Positions 16,866 through 25,952 of a stretch of DNA of 29,633 bases are shown piece after piece; position 1 is the first letter of the stretch; each line of letters starts with the position of its first letter. The stretch comes from a virus. Lineage: Duplodnaviria > Caudoviricetes. Location: IMG/VR virus record IMGVR_UViG_3300047669_000652, positions 1 to 29,633 of that record; one strand, given 5' to 3'. A model generated the notes under the pieces. That model did no database searches and had not been told where the DNA came from. It worked only from the letters and a program-made list of their open reading frames with translations. A program made the position numbers and the translations under genes.

Positions 16866-17620
16866 TGAAAATCGTACTTGCCACTGGTGGATTTGACCCA
16901 GTTCATTCTGGGCATATTTCATATCTTAAAGCCGCTAAAGAATTAGGTGACCATTTAATCGTTGGCTTAAACTCAGACGAATGGTTAGAACGTAAAAAGG
17001 GTAAAGCATTTATGCCCTGGAACGAACGTCTTTGTATTGTAAACAACTTACAAAAGGTAGACGAAGTGTTTACATTTATGGATGACGATGACACTGCCAT
17101 AAACTTTATAAAACAAGTCAGAGCCCACTACCCAACCGATAAACTAATTTTTGTTAATGGCGGAGACAGAACAGCAGACAATGTTCCAGAAATGGTATTT
17201 GATGATGTTGAGTTTGTATTCGGCGTTGGCGGAGAAGATAAGAAAAACTCAAGCAGTTGGATATTAGAAGAATGGAAATCACCTAAAACAATTCGTAATT
17301 GGGGATGGTATAGAGTATTAGATGATAAGTCTGGATATAAAGTTAAAGAATTAGTAATAGCACCTGGACAAAGTTTAAGTATGCAACGCCATAAACATAG
17401 AGCAGAACACTGGTACATTCTTAAAGGTGAATGCACATTTAATGTAATAAACATTTCTTCTGATATTGAAGAACTAGGAAAATATAAAGAAAATCATACT
17501 ATTACAATTGAAAAAGATAAATGGCACCAAGCATGTAACACCACAACCGAACCCTGTCACATATTAGAAGTACAATATGGTGACAAGTGTATAGAAGAAG
17601 ATATTGTGCGAATGAAATAA
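16865..17620 (+). CDS. cytidylyltransferase-like (RfaE/TagD-type) domain fused to a mannose-6-phosphate isomerase type II cupin
   Basis: TGGFDPVHSGH (HxGH), GLNSD, NGGDR, NSSS; C-terminal RNWGWY..., SLSMQRH.HRAEHW, LEVQYG...EEDIVR. Confidence 0.88.
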   Translation: MKIVLATGGFDPVHSGHISYLKAAKELGDHLIVGLNSDEWLERKKGKAFMPWNERLCIVNNLQKVDEVFTFMDDDDTAINFIKQVRAHYPTDKLIFVNGGDRTADNVPEMVFDDVEFVFGVGGEDKKNSSSWILEEWKSPKTIRNWGWYRVLDDKSGYKVKELVIAPGQSLSMQRHKHRAEHWYILKGECTFNVINISSDIEELGKYKENHTITIEKDKWHQACNTTTEPCHILEVQYGDKCIEEDIVRMK

Positions 17621-17669
17621 ATAAAAGAGCATGATAATATGTAAATTTCACAACTAAAAGGAGTAAGAT

Positions 17670-17897
17670 ATGAAACTTATTAAGACAGGAAATATATATG
17701 ACAAGGATAACTCAATGAATTTATTAAACTTAACAGAAACTGAAATCTCTCAGTTAATCGACTCTCTGGCTACAAATCCAACAATCGAAGCAGACAAAAA
17801 AGAACCAACATTGAATTGGTTGCGTGAGCAATTGTCTGAACAGAAAATAGGTGGTGCATGGAAACGAAGACTTAGAGAAAAAGGTCATGTCATTTAA
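17670..17897 (+). CDS. hypothetical protein
   Basis: AAGGAG RBS; 75 aa; possible alternative start at 17715. Confidence 0.7.
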   Translation: MKLIKTGNIYDKDNSMNLLNLTETEISQLIDSLATNPTIEADKKEPTLNWLREQLSEQKIGGAWKRRLREKGHVI

Positions 17898-18300
17898 GAA
17901 TTTAATTTATGCAATTTGTATAACGGCTGTAATTTTATTTGCATTTGTAAAGTCAGTAGAAGCCCAGCCACATAACGTGGTAGATACTGACCCAGAGTTG
18001 CTCGTTATTGCATCTGAATTAGAAGACAAAGAAATGGCTATAATGGTATTGGGTGGCATAGATTACTATGTACAGGAATGTACCCCATTAACTTCTCGTG
18101 GAGTTATATACAAAGCCAAAATAATCACATACCATGACATAAACAAGACATTATTACCAATTAATCCGACATATATCAAGGGTGCGTTAGCAGTATCAGG
18201 ATATGATTGTTATGAGATGTTCAAATTGATAGAACAATTAGAAGTAGAGGTAGTAGAAGAACCAACCCATCCAATAGATAAACAGCAAAGTATTTCGTAA
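17887..18300 (+). CDS. hypothetical exported protein
   Basis: Signal-peptide-like N-terminus MSFKNLIYAICITAVILFAFVKSVEA|QP. Confidence 0.7.
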   Translation: MSFKNLIYAICITAVILFAFVKSVEAQPHNVVDTDPELLVIASELEDKEMAIMVLGGIDYYVQECTPLTSRGVIYKAKIITYHDINKTLLPINPTYIKGALAVSGYDCYEMFKLIEQLEVEVVEEPTHPIDKQQSIS

Positions 18301-18306
18301 GATTTA

Positions 18307-18335
18307 TTGACTTGGTTACAATTATGTGTTATAAT
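18307..18335 (+). promoter_or_regulatory. sigma70-type early promoter
   Basis: TTGACT-N17-TATAAT with TG extension. Confidence 0.8.
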
Positions 18336-18361
18336 TGTTATAATTAGACTAGAGGAATAGG

Positions 18362-18586
18362 ATGATAGAAACAGATATAGTATTATTAACGGTAGCCTTC
18401 ATTGGTCTTTGTGCATATTTTAGTTATAAGAGCGGTATGAAAGAAGGATATCATCAAATGGCACTTGAAATTACCTCGGCGATAGTTGAGATACATTTTG
18501 AGAAAGAAAAAGTCGAGGCAATGAAACTCGAAGTAGAAGAAATTCAAAAAGAATGTGCAAAGTTAATGGAAGAGAGTAAGACATGA
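18362..18586 (+). CDS. small membrane-anchored coiled-coil protein
   Basis: GAGG RBS; N-terminal hydrophobic helix, then SYKSGMKEG. Confidence 0.7.
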   Translation: MIETDIVLLTVAFIGLCAYFSYKSGMKEGYHQMALEITSAIVEIHFEKEKVEAMKLEVEEIQKECAKLMEESKT

Positions 18587-19533
18587 AAATCATTTCAGGA
18601 AATAGTAACTTAAAACTCGCAGAAGAAATTGCATCACATTGTTTTGCCGGTTTAGTACCTGCAGAAATCAAAACTTTTGCAGATGGCGAGAGTAGTGTAG
18701 AGTTTTTAGAGAATGTTCGAGGCGAAGATGTCTTTATCGTTCAGAGTACTAGTCAACCAGTAAATGATAATCTAATGGAATTGCTCGTAATGATTGATGC
18801 CGCAAAGCGTAGTAGTGCAAAACGTATTACAGCAGTCATCCCTTATTTTGGTTACGCAAGACAAGATAGAAAAAGTGCAAGTCGCACTCCAATCACTGCA
18901 AAATTAGTAGCAAATCTAATGACAGAAGCAGGTGCAGATAGAGTTTTAACGATGGACTTACATGCTGGACAAATTCAAGGGTTCTTTGATATTCCAGTTG
19001 ATGATTTAACAAGTCGTATTGTATTTGCGAAAGATATTAAAAGAACATTAGGTGATAAAGCCTATAAAAATACAGTATTCGTTTCGCCTGATGCAGGTGG
19101 TACTATGAGAGCCCGTAAATTCGCTGAAATGTTTCATGGTGATATTGCTATCGTAGATAAACGTAGACCTAAAGCAGGTAAAAGCGAAGTGATGAATATT
19201 ATCGGTGAAGTTGAAGGTTCACACGCAATATTAGTTGATGATATCATTGATAGTGGTGGTACATTATGTAATGCCGCAAAGGCAATCATGGATGCGGGTG
19301 CATTAAGTGTACGAGCATACATTACCCACGGAGTTTTGACTGGCGAAGCATGTCAGAAGGTAGAAAAAAGTGTATTAAAAGAATTAGTAATCACAGACAG
19401 CATTGAATTCCGTTGTCCTGATGATTTAAAAAAGACACGGCAAGTTAGTGTTTCAAAACTATTCGGTGAAGCAATTCGCAGAGTAAGTAATGAAGAAAGT
19501 GTGAGTTCGTTATTTTTTAACCAAAAGGTATAA
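18583..19533 (+). CDS. prs: ribose-phosphate pyrophosphokinase (PRPP synthetase), auxiliary metabolic gene
   Basis: [50 protein letters not shown]. Confidence 0.95.
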   Translation: MKIISGNSNLKLAEEIASHCFAGLVPAEIKTFADGESSVEFLENVRGEDVFIVQSTSQPVNDNLMELLVMIDAAKRSSAKRITAVIPYFGYARQDRKSASRTPITAKLVANLMTEAGADRVLTMDLHAGQIQGFFDIPVDDLTSRIVFAKDIKRTLGDKAYKNTVFVSPDAGGTMRARKFAEMFHGDIAIVDKRRPKAGKSEVMNIIGEVEGSHAILVDDIIDSGGTLCNAAKAIMDAGALSVRAYITHGVLTGEACQKVEKSVLKELVITDSIEFRCPDDLKKTRQVSVSKLFGEAIRRVSNEESVSSLFFNQKV

Positions 19534-19535
19534 CT

Positions 19536-19772
19536 ATGGACACGAAGGCATTAAAAATAGACACATTAATAGAGCATAAAGCATCTCATAGAGTAGCAAA
19601 AATCACGGATATCTATCATCCACCCGATAATCCTTTCGTTATCTCACTAACGTACAAATATATTGATACAGACAGGGTTCGTACAATAATTGACAGTACA
19701 TTAGAGAGTTTTGGTGAACATTGGGACATTTTAGACACTAAATCTAAAGAAATAGAGCAAACACCAGCCTAA
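19536..19772 (+). CDS. hypothetical protein
   Basis: 78-aa ORF directly after prs. Confidence 0.65.
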   Translation: MDTKALKIDTLIEHKASHRVAKITDIYHPPDNPFVISLTYKYIDTDRVRTIIDSTLESFGEHWDILDTKSKEIEQTPA

Positions 19773-19783
19773 TTTCTAGATGA

Positions 19784-19888
19784 ATGAAGAAGTCTAAGTG
19801 GAAATGGTTATTAAGCCTCACTTCTCTGCTAATCTTTGTTAAAATACTCATATGGGTGTTTATTTTCTATAAAATAGGAGTTTTCTAA
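19784..19888 (+). CDS. putative 34-aa single-TM peptide (not in ORF track)
   Basis: MKKSKWKWLLSLTSLLIFVKILIWVFIFYKIGVF; fills the gap before the next promoter; no clear RBS. Confidence 0.45.
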   Translation: MKKSKWKWLLSLTSLLIFVKILIWVFIFYKIGVF

Positions 19889-19907
19889 CTCTAAAAACCC
19901 CAAAAAC

Positions 19908-19935
19908 TTGACAAATCCATCTTTTGGTGTATACT
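19908..19935 (+). promoter_or_regulatory. sigma70-type early promoter
   Basis: A-tract then TTGACA-N16-TATACT. Confidence 0.7.
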
Positions 19936-19967
19936 GTAAGTATATTAAATAGAAGAGAGGGTTAAAT

Positions 19968-20346
19968 ATGGCTTATATATCAACTGATGAAGTAAAAGCA
20001 GTTCGAGTTGCTCTTAAAGAGCGTTTCAAAAACAAACTTAAGTTCTCCGTTCGTAGAGAACACTATTCAAGTCTCCAAGTTTCTATCGTTTCTGGTGAAA
20101 TCAACTTTTTTGACGGAAGTTTAAACAAAAAAGACAAGTATCACCCAGAGGCTGCCGAATATGTGTTCGATGGTTATGAACAAATCAATGAATATTATCC
20201 TGAACATTATGGAAAGCATGATAGAAGGTGGTCGTGCTTGGTATGACAATTCAGATGCAATGACTGATTATTTTGATACTGCTTACTACACTAATATACG
20301 TATCGGTAAGTGGGACAAGCCTTATGTATTTACAGGAGCGAAATAA
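19968..20346 (+). pseudogene. frameshifted early gene (resembles LPD29-type polyvalent-protein domain)
   Basis: First frame MAYIST...KFSVR...INEYYPEHYGKH continues in the +1 frame as GGRAWYDNSDAMTDYFDTAYY...IGKWDKPY; switch near 20217. Confidence 0.6.
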
Positions 20347-20696
20347 TGACGAAATTTAAACTTTTTCAAATACATCTTACAGATGCGGAAGTAGATAAAA
20401 TTAATGCTGAAGGACATGATAGTGTTCATAAGCAATCGCTAAAATTAGATATGAGCCTTAGAAAAAATGACACAGGTGCTATTGCCAAAGAGGCATTTGA
20501 CCTAGGTTATTATACTCATGTTAGTAATATTAGTGCTGAAGGACTTGAAGGTGTTTTTCATGTGGGTAATATGGGACCAGAATCACAAATCGAAAGACTT
20601 GGTGATATGTATTCTGTAAGTGTTAGTGATATCGTTATCGATGAAACTGGAAAGAAATCAGTTGTCGCAGATATTGGATTTAAGGAGGTCTTATAA
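20346..20696 (+). CDS. hypothetical protein, YodL-like
   Basis: AGGAG RBS with TAATG coupling; FQI...LEGVFHVGN...SVSVSDIV...V..IGFKEV matches the YodL-like pattern. Confidence 0.6.
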   Translation: MTKFKLFQIHLTDAEVDKINAEGHDSVHKQSLKLDMSLRKNDTGAIAKEAFDLGYYTHVSNISAEGLEGVFHVGNMGPESQIERLGDMYSVSVSDIVIDETGKKSVVADIGFKEVL

Positions 20697-20947
20697 TGTC
20701 AGTCGAACTAAAATTCAAAAATAAAAAAATTACTATAGACCTTGATGGACCACAAGGCAATGCGTTTGCTTTAATGGGATATGCACTCACGTTGTCACGC
20801 AGTTTTCAATTAAATGGAAACACCATCGTAGATGAAATGAAATCAGGTGATTATATAAATTTACTAAAAGTATTTGATGATAATTTTGGTGATGCGGTAG
20901 TGTTACAAACTGAAAATGCTGAATATCTTGAGGCATTTGCAACATAA
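20696..20947 (+). CDS. hypothetical phage protein
   Basis: TAAGGAGG RBS; IDLDGPQGNAFALMG...MKSGDY motif. Confidence 0.75.
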   Translation: MSVELKFKNKKITIDLDGPQGNAFALMGYALTLSRSFQLNGNTIVDEMKSGDYINLLKVFDDNFGDAVVLQTENAEYLEAFAT

Positions 20948-20960
20948 AAATTGCAAAAAC

Positions 20961-20988
20961 TTGACAGGTTACGGTTTTGTGTTATAAT
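20961..20988 (+). promoter_or_regulatory. sigma70-type early promoter
   Basis: A-tract then TTGACA-N16-TATAAT with TG extension. Confidence 0.78.
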
Positions 20989-21020
20989 ATAGTTATATTA
21001 AACAAATGAGAGGGTTGAAT

Positions 21021-22031
21021 ATGAACAATATAAAGATAGAAAACGGGTTGTACAATAATACAGACATCAACGGTGTCTTTCCTTTAGTTAAGGGTCTTAC
21101 AAAATCAAAAGATGGTTCGTATTTTGTAAAAATTAAAGTAAGCGATGCTGAGGACAAAGTCTTCAAAGGTCGTGATGCAGTTCGAGTTAAAATTATGAAC
21201 CAAGACCAAGTTACAGAGATTAAAAATGTCAAACTCGGTAAGAAAATGGTTGAAACTGAAGACCAAGCAATTGAACGAATTGCTGAACGTTTTAAGATTT
21301 TAGAAGAAATGACAGGTGCAACACTTGACGGTATTGTACGAGGCATGGTTGTTACAGGACCTCCAGGAGTCGGTAAGACTTATGGTGTTGAACAAGTTCT
21401 TGAAAAAGATAGTTTGTTTGATGTGATGGCTTCTCGTCCACTACGACATACATTTGTTAAAGGTGCCATGTCGGCAATTGGGTTGTATGCTAAACTCTAT
21501 GAGTATAAAGATTCTAAAAACATTCTTGTTTTAGACGATTGTGATAGTATCTTGTTTAATGAAGATGCCCTTAATATTCTAAAAGCGGCACTTGACTCGT
21601 GTAAGAAACGAAGAATTTCATGGAACACAGATTCTAACTTGTTACGCCGTGAGGGAGTACCTTCAACGTTTGATTTTAACGGTTCTGTTATCTTTATTAC
21701 TAACTTGAAGTTTGATAACATGCGTAATACGAAAATCAAAGACCACTTAGATGCGATTATGTCTCGTTGTCATTACCTTGATTTAACACTTGATACAACT
21801 CGTGATAAGATTATGCGAATTAAACAGATTGCCCGTGATGGTGGATTGTTTGATACTAAAGGTCTTACTAAGATTGAAGAAGAAGAAATTATCGAGTTCA
21901 TGGTTGAAAAGCAAGATAGATTGCGTGAAGTTTCATTGAGGATGGCTCAAAAGATTGCTGACCTACGAAATATGGATAAAAATCGTTGGAAAGTTCTTAC
22001 TGAATCAACTTGTATGAAACGTAACGTTTAA
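21021..22031 (+). CDS. AAA+ family ATPase
   Basis: Walker A GPPGVGKT, Walker B LVLDDCD, sensor IFITN, Arg finger AIMSRC; GAGAGGG RBS favours ATG 21021. Confidence 0.85.
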   Translation: MNNIKIENGLYNNTDINGVFPLVKGLTKSKDGSYFVKIKVSDAEDKVFKGRDAVRVKIMNQDQVTEIKNVKLGKKMVETEDQAIERIAERFKILEEMTGATLDGIVRGMVVTGPPGVGKTYGVEQVLEKDSLFDVMASRPLRHTFVKGAMSAIGLYAKLYEYKDSKNILVLDDCDSILFNEDALNILKAALDSCKKRRISWNTDSNLLRREGVPSTFDFNGSVIFITNLKFDNMRNTKIKDHLDAIMSRCHYLDLTLDTTRDKIMRIKQIARDGGLFDTKGLTKIEEEEIIEFMVEKQDRLREVSLRMAQKIADLRNMDKNRWKVLTESTCMKRNV

Positions 22032-22056
22032 TAAAATTTAAAAAGTTCACCCCTCG

Positions 22057-22090
22057 GCGCTGGTAATAGAAATATTACCGGCGTTTTTTT
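22057..22090 (+). terminator. intrinsic terminator
   Basis: GCGCTGGTAATA-GAAA-TATTACCGGCGT followed by a T run. Confidence 0.88.
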
Positions 22091-22103
22091 ATACAGAAAA
22101 CAC

Positions 22104-22132
22104 TTGAATTCTTGGGTGGAATATGTTATACT
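22104..22132 (+). promoter_or_regulatory. sigma70-type promoter for the uvsW operon
   Basis: TTGAAT-N17-TATACT with TG extension. Confidence 0.7.
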
Positions 22133-22159
22133 AAGTTAAATGCTGAGAAAAAACTATAA

Positions 22160-23605
22160 ATGAACAAATGTACAATCATAATCAAGGACGAAGTAAACGT
22201 CAAGTTAGAAGGCCTTGACCCGTCTACTCGCAGAAAGTGTAGTGATAAACTAAAGTTTTTCCTACCTCATGCGTTTCATATGCCTGCATATAAACTTGGT
22301 AGATGGGATGGCACAGTCCGCTTTTGTGATGTTGGTGGTAGAACTTTTCTAAATTTGTTAGACGATGTTTTACCCGTAATCATTGAACAAGGTTATGAGA
22401 TAATCATTGATGATAGGCGTGAGAACGAAGAAATGAGTTTTTCCATAGTAACTGAGAACTTCTGGGAAGGCAAGACTTGGCCTGAAGGACACATAAAAGC
22501 AGGCGAGCCCATTGTATTAAGAGATTATCAAGTAGATGTAATCAATCAGTTCATATCTGCACCACAATGTCTCCAAGAGATAGCCACGGGTGCTGGTAAG
22601 ACGATTATGACTGCTACAATGAGTAAGATAGTAGAGAAGTATGGTAGGTCAATCATTATCGTTCCAAATAAAGATTTAGTACGCCAGACAGAAGAAGATT
22701 ACAGAAACTGTGGATTAGATGTTGGTGTATACTTTGGAGACAAAAAAGAAGAAGGCAAAACACATACAATCTGTACATGGCAAAGTTTGAATTCATTACT
22801 AAAGAAGACCAAGAAAGGTGAAGCCAATATTCAGGACTTCATTGAAGATGTATGTTGTGTTATCGTTGACGAAACTCACCAAGCAAAAGCAGATGTTTTA
22901 AAAGACTTGTTAACTGGTGTATTCGCTAATGTACCTATTCGTTGGGGATTAACAGGAACTATTCCTAAGAGTGATTGGGAAAACGCTAGTCTACGTAGTT
23001 CACTTGGTGAGGTAATAAACAAACTGTCAGCAAAAGAATTACAGGACCAAGGTGTCTTAGCAAACTGCCACGTCAATATAGTTCAAACACAAGAAACTGC
23101 AATCTATTCTAATTATCAAAATGAAATGACATTTTTACTTGAAGATAAAAAGAGATTAGATTATGTTTCAGAAATGATTAAAGAAATTTCTCAAACAGGT
23201 AATACTCTTGTGTTGACTAATAGAATTAAGAACGGCGAAGCACTACAAGAATTAATAGATGGGGCAGAGTTTGTTCAAGGCTCTATGGCAGTAACAGATA
23301 GAAAGGATGCTTATAATGAGATAAATGAAGGCACAAATACAATTACAATTGCTACTTATGGAGTAGCGGCAGTTGGTATTAATATTCCTCGTATATTTAA
23401 TTTGGTATTATTAGAACCAGGCAAATCGTTTGTTAGAGTTATTCAATCGATTGGTCGTGGAGTTCGAATGGCTGAAGATAAAGATTTTGTACAAATATGG
23501 GACGTAACAAGTAGATGTAAGTTCTCAAAGAGACATTTAACAGAACGAAAAAAATACTATAAAGAGGCTTCATACCCATTCACAATAGATAAGATTACAT
23601 ATTAA
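22160..23605 (+). CDS. uvsW: UvsW-like SF2 DNA helicase
   Basis: YKLGRWDG, LRDYQ, ATGAGKT, DETH, GLTGT, QSIGRGVR. Confidence 0.92.
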   Translation: MNKCTIIIKDEVNVKLEGLDPSTRRKCSDKLKFFLPHAFHMPAYKLGRWDGTVRFCDVGGRTFLNLLDDVLPVIIEQGYEIIIDDRRENEEMSFSIVTENFWEGKTWPEGHIKAGEPIVLRDYQVDVINQFISAPQCLQEIATGAGKTIMTATMSKIVEKYGRSIIIVPNKDLVRQTEEDYRNCGLDVGVYFGDKKEEGKTHTICTWQSLNSLLKKTKKGEANIQDFIEDVCCVIVDETHQAKADVLKDLLTGVFANVPIRWGLTGTIPKSDWENASLRSSLGEVINKLSAKELQDQGVLANCHVNIVQTQETAIYSNYQNEMTFLLEDKKRLDYVSEMIKEISQTGNTLVLTNRIKNGEALQELIDGAEFVQGSMAVTDRKDAYNEINEGTNTITIATYGVAAVGINIPRIFNLVLLEPGKSFVRVIQSIGRGVRMAEDKDFVQIWDVTSRCKFSKRHLTERKKYYKEASYPFTIDKITY

Positions 23606-23614
23606 AGGACAACT

Positions 23615-24115
23615 ATGAAAATATTAACACCAGATAACAAATGTTTCGAAATGAACAGTTTACCAGATGAGATAGACGACATTCGATATTGCGTAATGGA
23701 CGTAACAGACAAAGATGACCCAGATTTCTTTTTCATCCCACTAGTGTTTATAGAAACATTTAGTGCGCCTAGTATGAATATCAGTATTGGTCCACATAAC
23801 ATTGAAATGCCAATTGATTGGAATATTATGATTGGTGAAGCAGAATTAGGATTATGTGAATTTATTCCACTAACAAGTATTAATGAACGTAAGTTCGATA
23901 CGCTATTGACAAATCCACTAAAAGGGTTTACAATGGATTGGCAACCAATTAAAGTTAACAATGTATTTGCAGATGTGAAATGGTTCTTTCCGAAACTTAA
24001 ATACGGACACATTCTTGCAATACCATTAGAATACGGAGATAGCCCTAAATGTGCATATTTTGTAAAAGACTTAAATCGAATTCCAGACCAGATGGCAAGT
24101 TATGACTTCTTCTAA
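23615..24115 (+). CDS. hypothetical beta-rich protein, possible degenerate Hint fold
   Basis: AAGGA RBS; hydrophobic pattern resembles Hint blocks without the catalytic residues. Confidence 0.7.
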   Translation: MKILTPDNKCFEMNSLPDEIDDIRYCVMDVTDKDDPDFFFIPLVFIETFSAPSMNISIGPHNIEMPIDWNIMIGEAELGLCEFIPLTSINERKFDTLLTNPLKGFTMDWQPIKVNNVFADVKWFFPKLKYGHILAIPLEYGDSPKCAYFVKDLNRIPDQMASYDFF

Positions 24116-24347
24116 GCACAGAGTAGTATTCGACACTACTCGTGGAGCAGAATCTAAGCATAGAGTAGTTATTGATGCATACAAGCAAGGAGATATGGCA
24201 TTCAAATGGTGTGCAGATAATATTCCATTGTCAGAATGGTCAACAGTTACTAGTGCAGTTGGTGAATGGTTTTATTTTAAAGACGAGAAATATGTTCAGA
24301 ATTTTTTATTAGTTAACGGCGGAAGGTATTATAAAAATGGCAAGTAA
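24102..24347 (+). CDS. small hypothetical protein (WC..N / F.DE...F.L family) with duplicated N-terminus
   Basis: SKHRVVxD twice; FKWCADN...FYFKDEKYVQNFLL. Confidence 0.65.
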   Translation: MTSSKHRVVFDTTRGAESKHRVVIDAYKQGDMAFKWCADNIPLSEWSTVTSAVGEWFYFKDEKYVQNFLLVNGGRYYKNGK

Positions 24348-24825
24348 GTTACCATTAAGTGATGTTTTAAGTGCGGTCGACAGGCGAGACTTCAATTGGT
24401 ATGCTAACTTAGATGCTGAGAAAAAGAAAGCATGGAGTAGTTGGTTGTTCATTAGGTACGTAAGTTCTACAAAGAGCAAAGACCGAGATGAACTATTACT
24501 TAATACAAATGAGTTTGTAAACAAGAACTATGCTGATATTCATAAGCACGAAGAATTAGTTTGGAAGTTAATGTGTTTGACTGGCACAGGTAAGAAACAG
24601 TTCCATGAATGGATTAAGCCACCTAACTCAAAGATAAAAACAGATGCAATATCACAATTTGTATCAGAAACATATCCTACTCTGAATGGCAGAGAAGTAG
24701 AACTGTTTCTTAAGATGAACGATGTTTCGGATCTGAAACAAATGGCAGTTGATATGGGTATGAGTGACAAAGAAATTAGTGAGATTTTTGAAAAAAAGAA
24801 AACAAAAAAGAAGAAAAGTAAATGA
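24337..24825 (+). CDS. putative clamp loader small subunit (gp62-like)
   Basis: L.DVL.A.D....W....RY.S...N...N...GK..FH.WIK pattern; replication context. Confidence 0.45.
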   Translation: MASKLPLSDVLSAVDRRDFNWYANLDAEKKKAWSSWLFIRYVSSTKSKDRDELLLNTNEFVNKNYADIHKHEELVWKLMCLTGTGKKQFHEWIKPPNSKIKTDAISQFVSETYPTLNGREVELFLKMNDVSDLKQMAVDMGMSDKEISEIFEKKKTKKKKSK

Positions 24826-25496
24826 GTTTTGAATGTCAATATTGTCAAAAAAAGTTTAAGTCTGAAAAGACTATAATGGTACACGTATGTGAGCCTAAAA
24901 GACGATATATGAACAAAGATGAAAAGTATTCTAGGTTGGCATTTTACGCCTTTAATAGATTTTATGAAATGACACAAACAATTGGTAAGCCAATAGAGTT
25001 CGATATGTTTGCAAAAAGCAAGTTCTATCTAGGATTTACTAAGTTTGGTAAACATGTACTAAATATAAATGCGATAAATCCAGAAGAATTTATTGACTTT
25101 GTTATACGAAATAGTGTAAAATTAGATAAGTGGACTTCTGATTCAGTTTATGAAACTTATATACAAGAGTTAAATAGAAAAGAATCAGCAGATAGGGCAG
25201 TTGAACGAAGCATATTACTTATGCAGAAATGGGGAGAAGAATATGATAGACCTTTTAACAAGTTTTTTGAGGAAGTCAGTAAGCCATTGGCTATACATTA
25301 TATCAAATCAGGACGCATTAGTCCTTGGGTTATTTTTAATTGTGATAATGGTGCTGAACTAATTGATAGTCTTTCTGACCATGAGTTGACTCTGATAAAT
25401 GATTGTTTAGAGCCAGCATTCTGGACACGAAAGTTTAACGCAAGAGCAGAAGATGTACAATTTGTAAAAATGATATTAAAAAAGGCAGGTGTGTAA
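24822..25496 (+). CDS. C2H2/C2HC zinc-finger-containing hypothetical protein
   Basis: FECQYCQKKFKSEKTIMVHVC at the N-terminus; ATGA coupling. Confidence 0.75.
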   Translation: MSFECQYCQKKFKSEKTIMVHVCEPKRRYMNKDEKYSRLAFYAFNRFYEMTQTIGKPIEFDMFAKSKFYLGFTKFGKHVLNINAINPEEFIDFVIRNSVKLDKWTSDSVYETYIQELNRKESADRAVERSILLMQKWGEEYDRPFNKFFEEVSKPLAIHYIKSGRISPWVIFNCDNGAELIDSLSDHELTLINDCLEPAFWTRKFNARAEDVQFVKMILKKAGV

Positions 25497-25696
25497 TGGC
25501 AACAACTAAAGAAACATCAACGATAGGCAATCTAGTCATACAGAAAGACCCAGAAACGGGAGAACTATTTTTAGAATTGCCTAAAAAAACTCTAAGGAAG
25601 TTAGGGTGGAGTGTAGACGATGAGTTAGAGTGGGTAGAAAACACAGATGGAACTTGGCAAGTAATAAAAGTGGAGAAGAAAAATGAATCCAGATGA
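25496..25696 (+). CDS. AbrB/MazE-like small DNA-binding protein
   Basis: GELFLELPKKTLRKLGWSVDDELEW swapped-hairpin signature. Confidence 0.7.
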   Translation: MATTKETSTIGNLVIQKDPETGELFLELPKKTLRKLGWSVDDELEWVENTDGTWQVIKVEKKNESR

Positions 25697-25952
25697 CTTA
25701 ATTATTAATACCGATTACTCTGGTGTAACGGTATCAGTGGATGATTATTGGAGTGATATGAGCGACCCTAGAGATGAAGACCAGGAGGCATTCAAATCAA
25801 TAAATGATAGATTGTCAACAATTGAAAGTCGTTTATCAATTCTTGTACCTGATAAAGATATGCTAGAGAAGTATGAAGTATTACAAGACATGTATAAACA
25901 ATACAAGGCCGCAGAAGTATTACTTTCTGGTCCTGAACCGGAGACTGTATGA
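25683..25952 (+). CDS. hypothetical protein
   Basis: GGAG RBS; INDRLSTIESRLSIL coiled coil. Confidence 0.7.
   Translation: MNPDDLIINTDYSGVTVSVDDYWSDMSDPRDEDQEAFKSINDRLSTIESRLSILVPDKDMLEKYEVLQDMYKQYKAAEVLLSGPEPETV

Noticed and set aside
18583-19533. Prs as the Adps enzyme of a NARP1 NAD+ reconstitution (anti-defence) pathway
   Set aside because: The protein looks like a canonical full-length Prs, and no Namat/NAMPT-like partner gene is in the window
24121-24141. tRNA fragment (TTCGA loop)
   Set aside because: No acceptor, D or anticodon arms; lies inside a coding region
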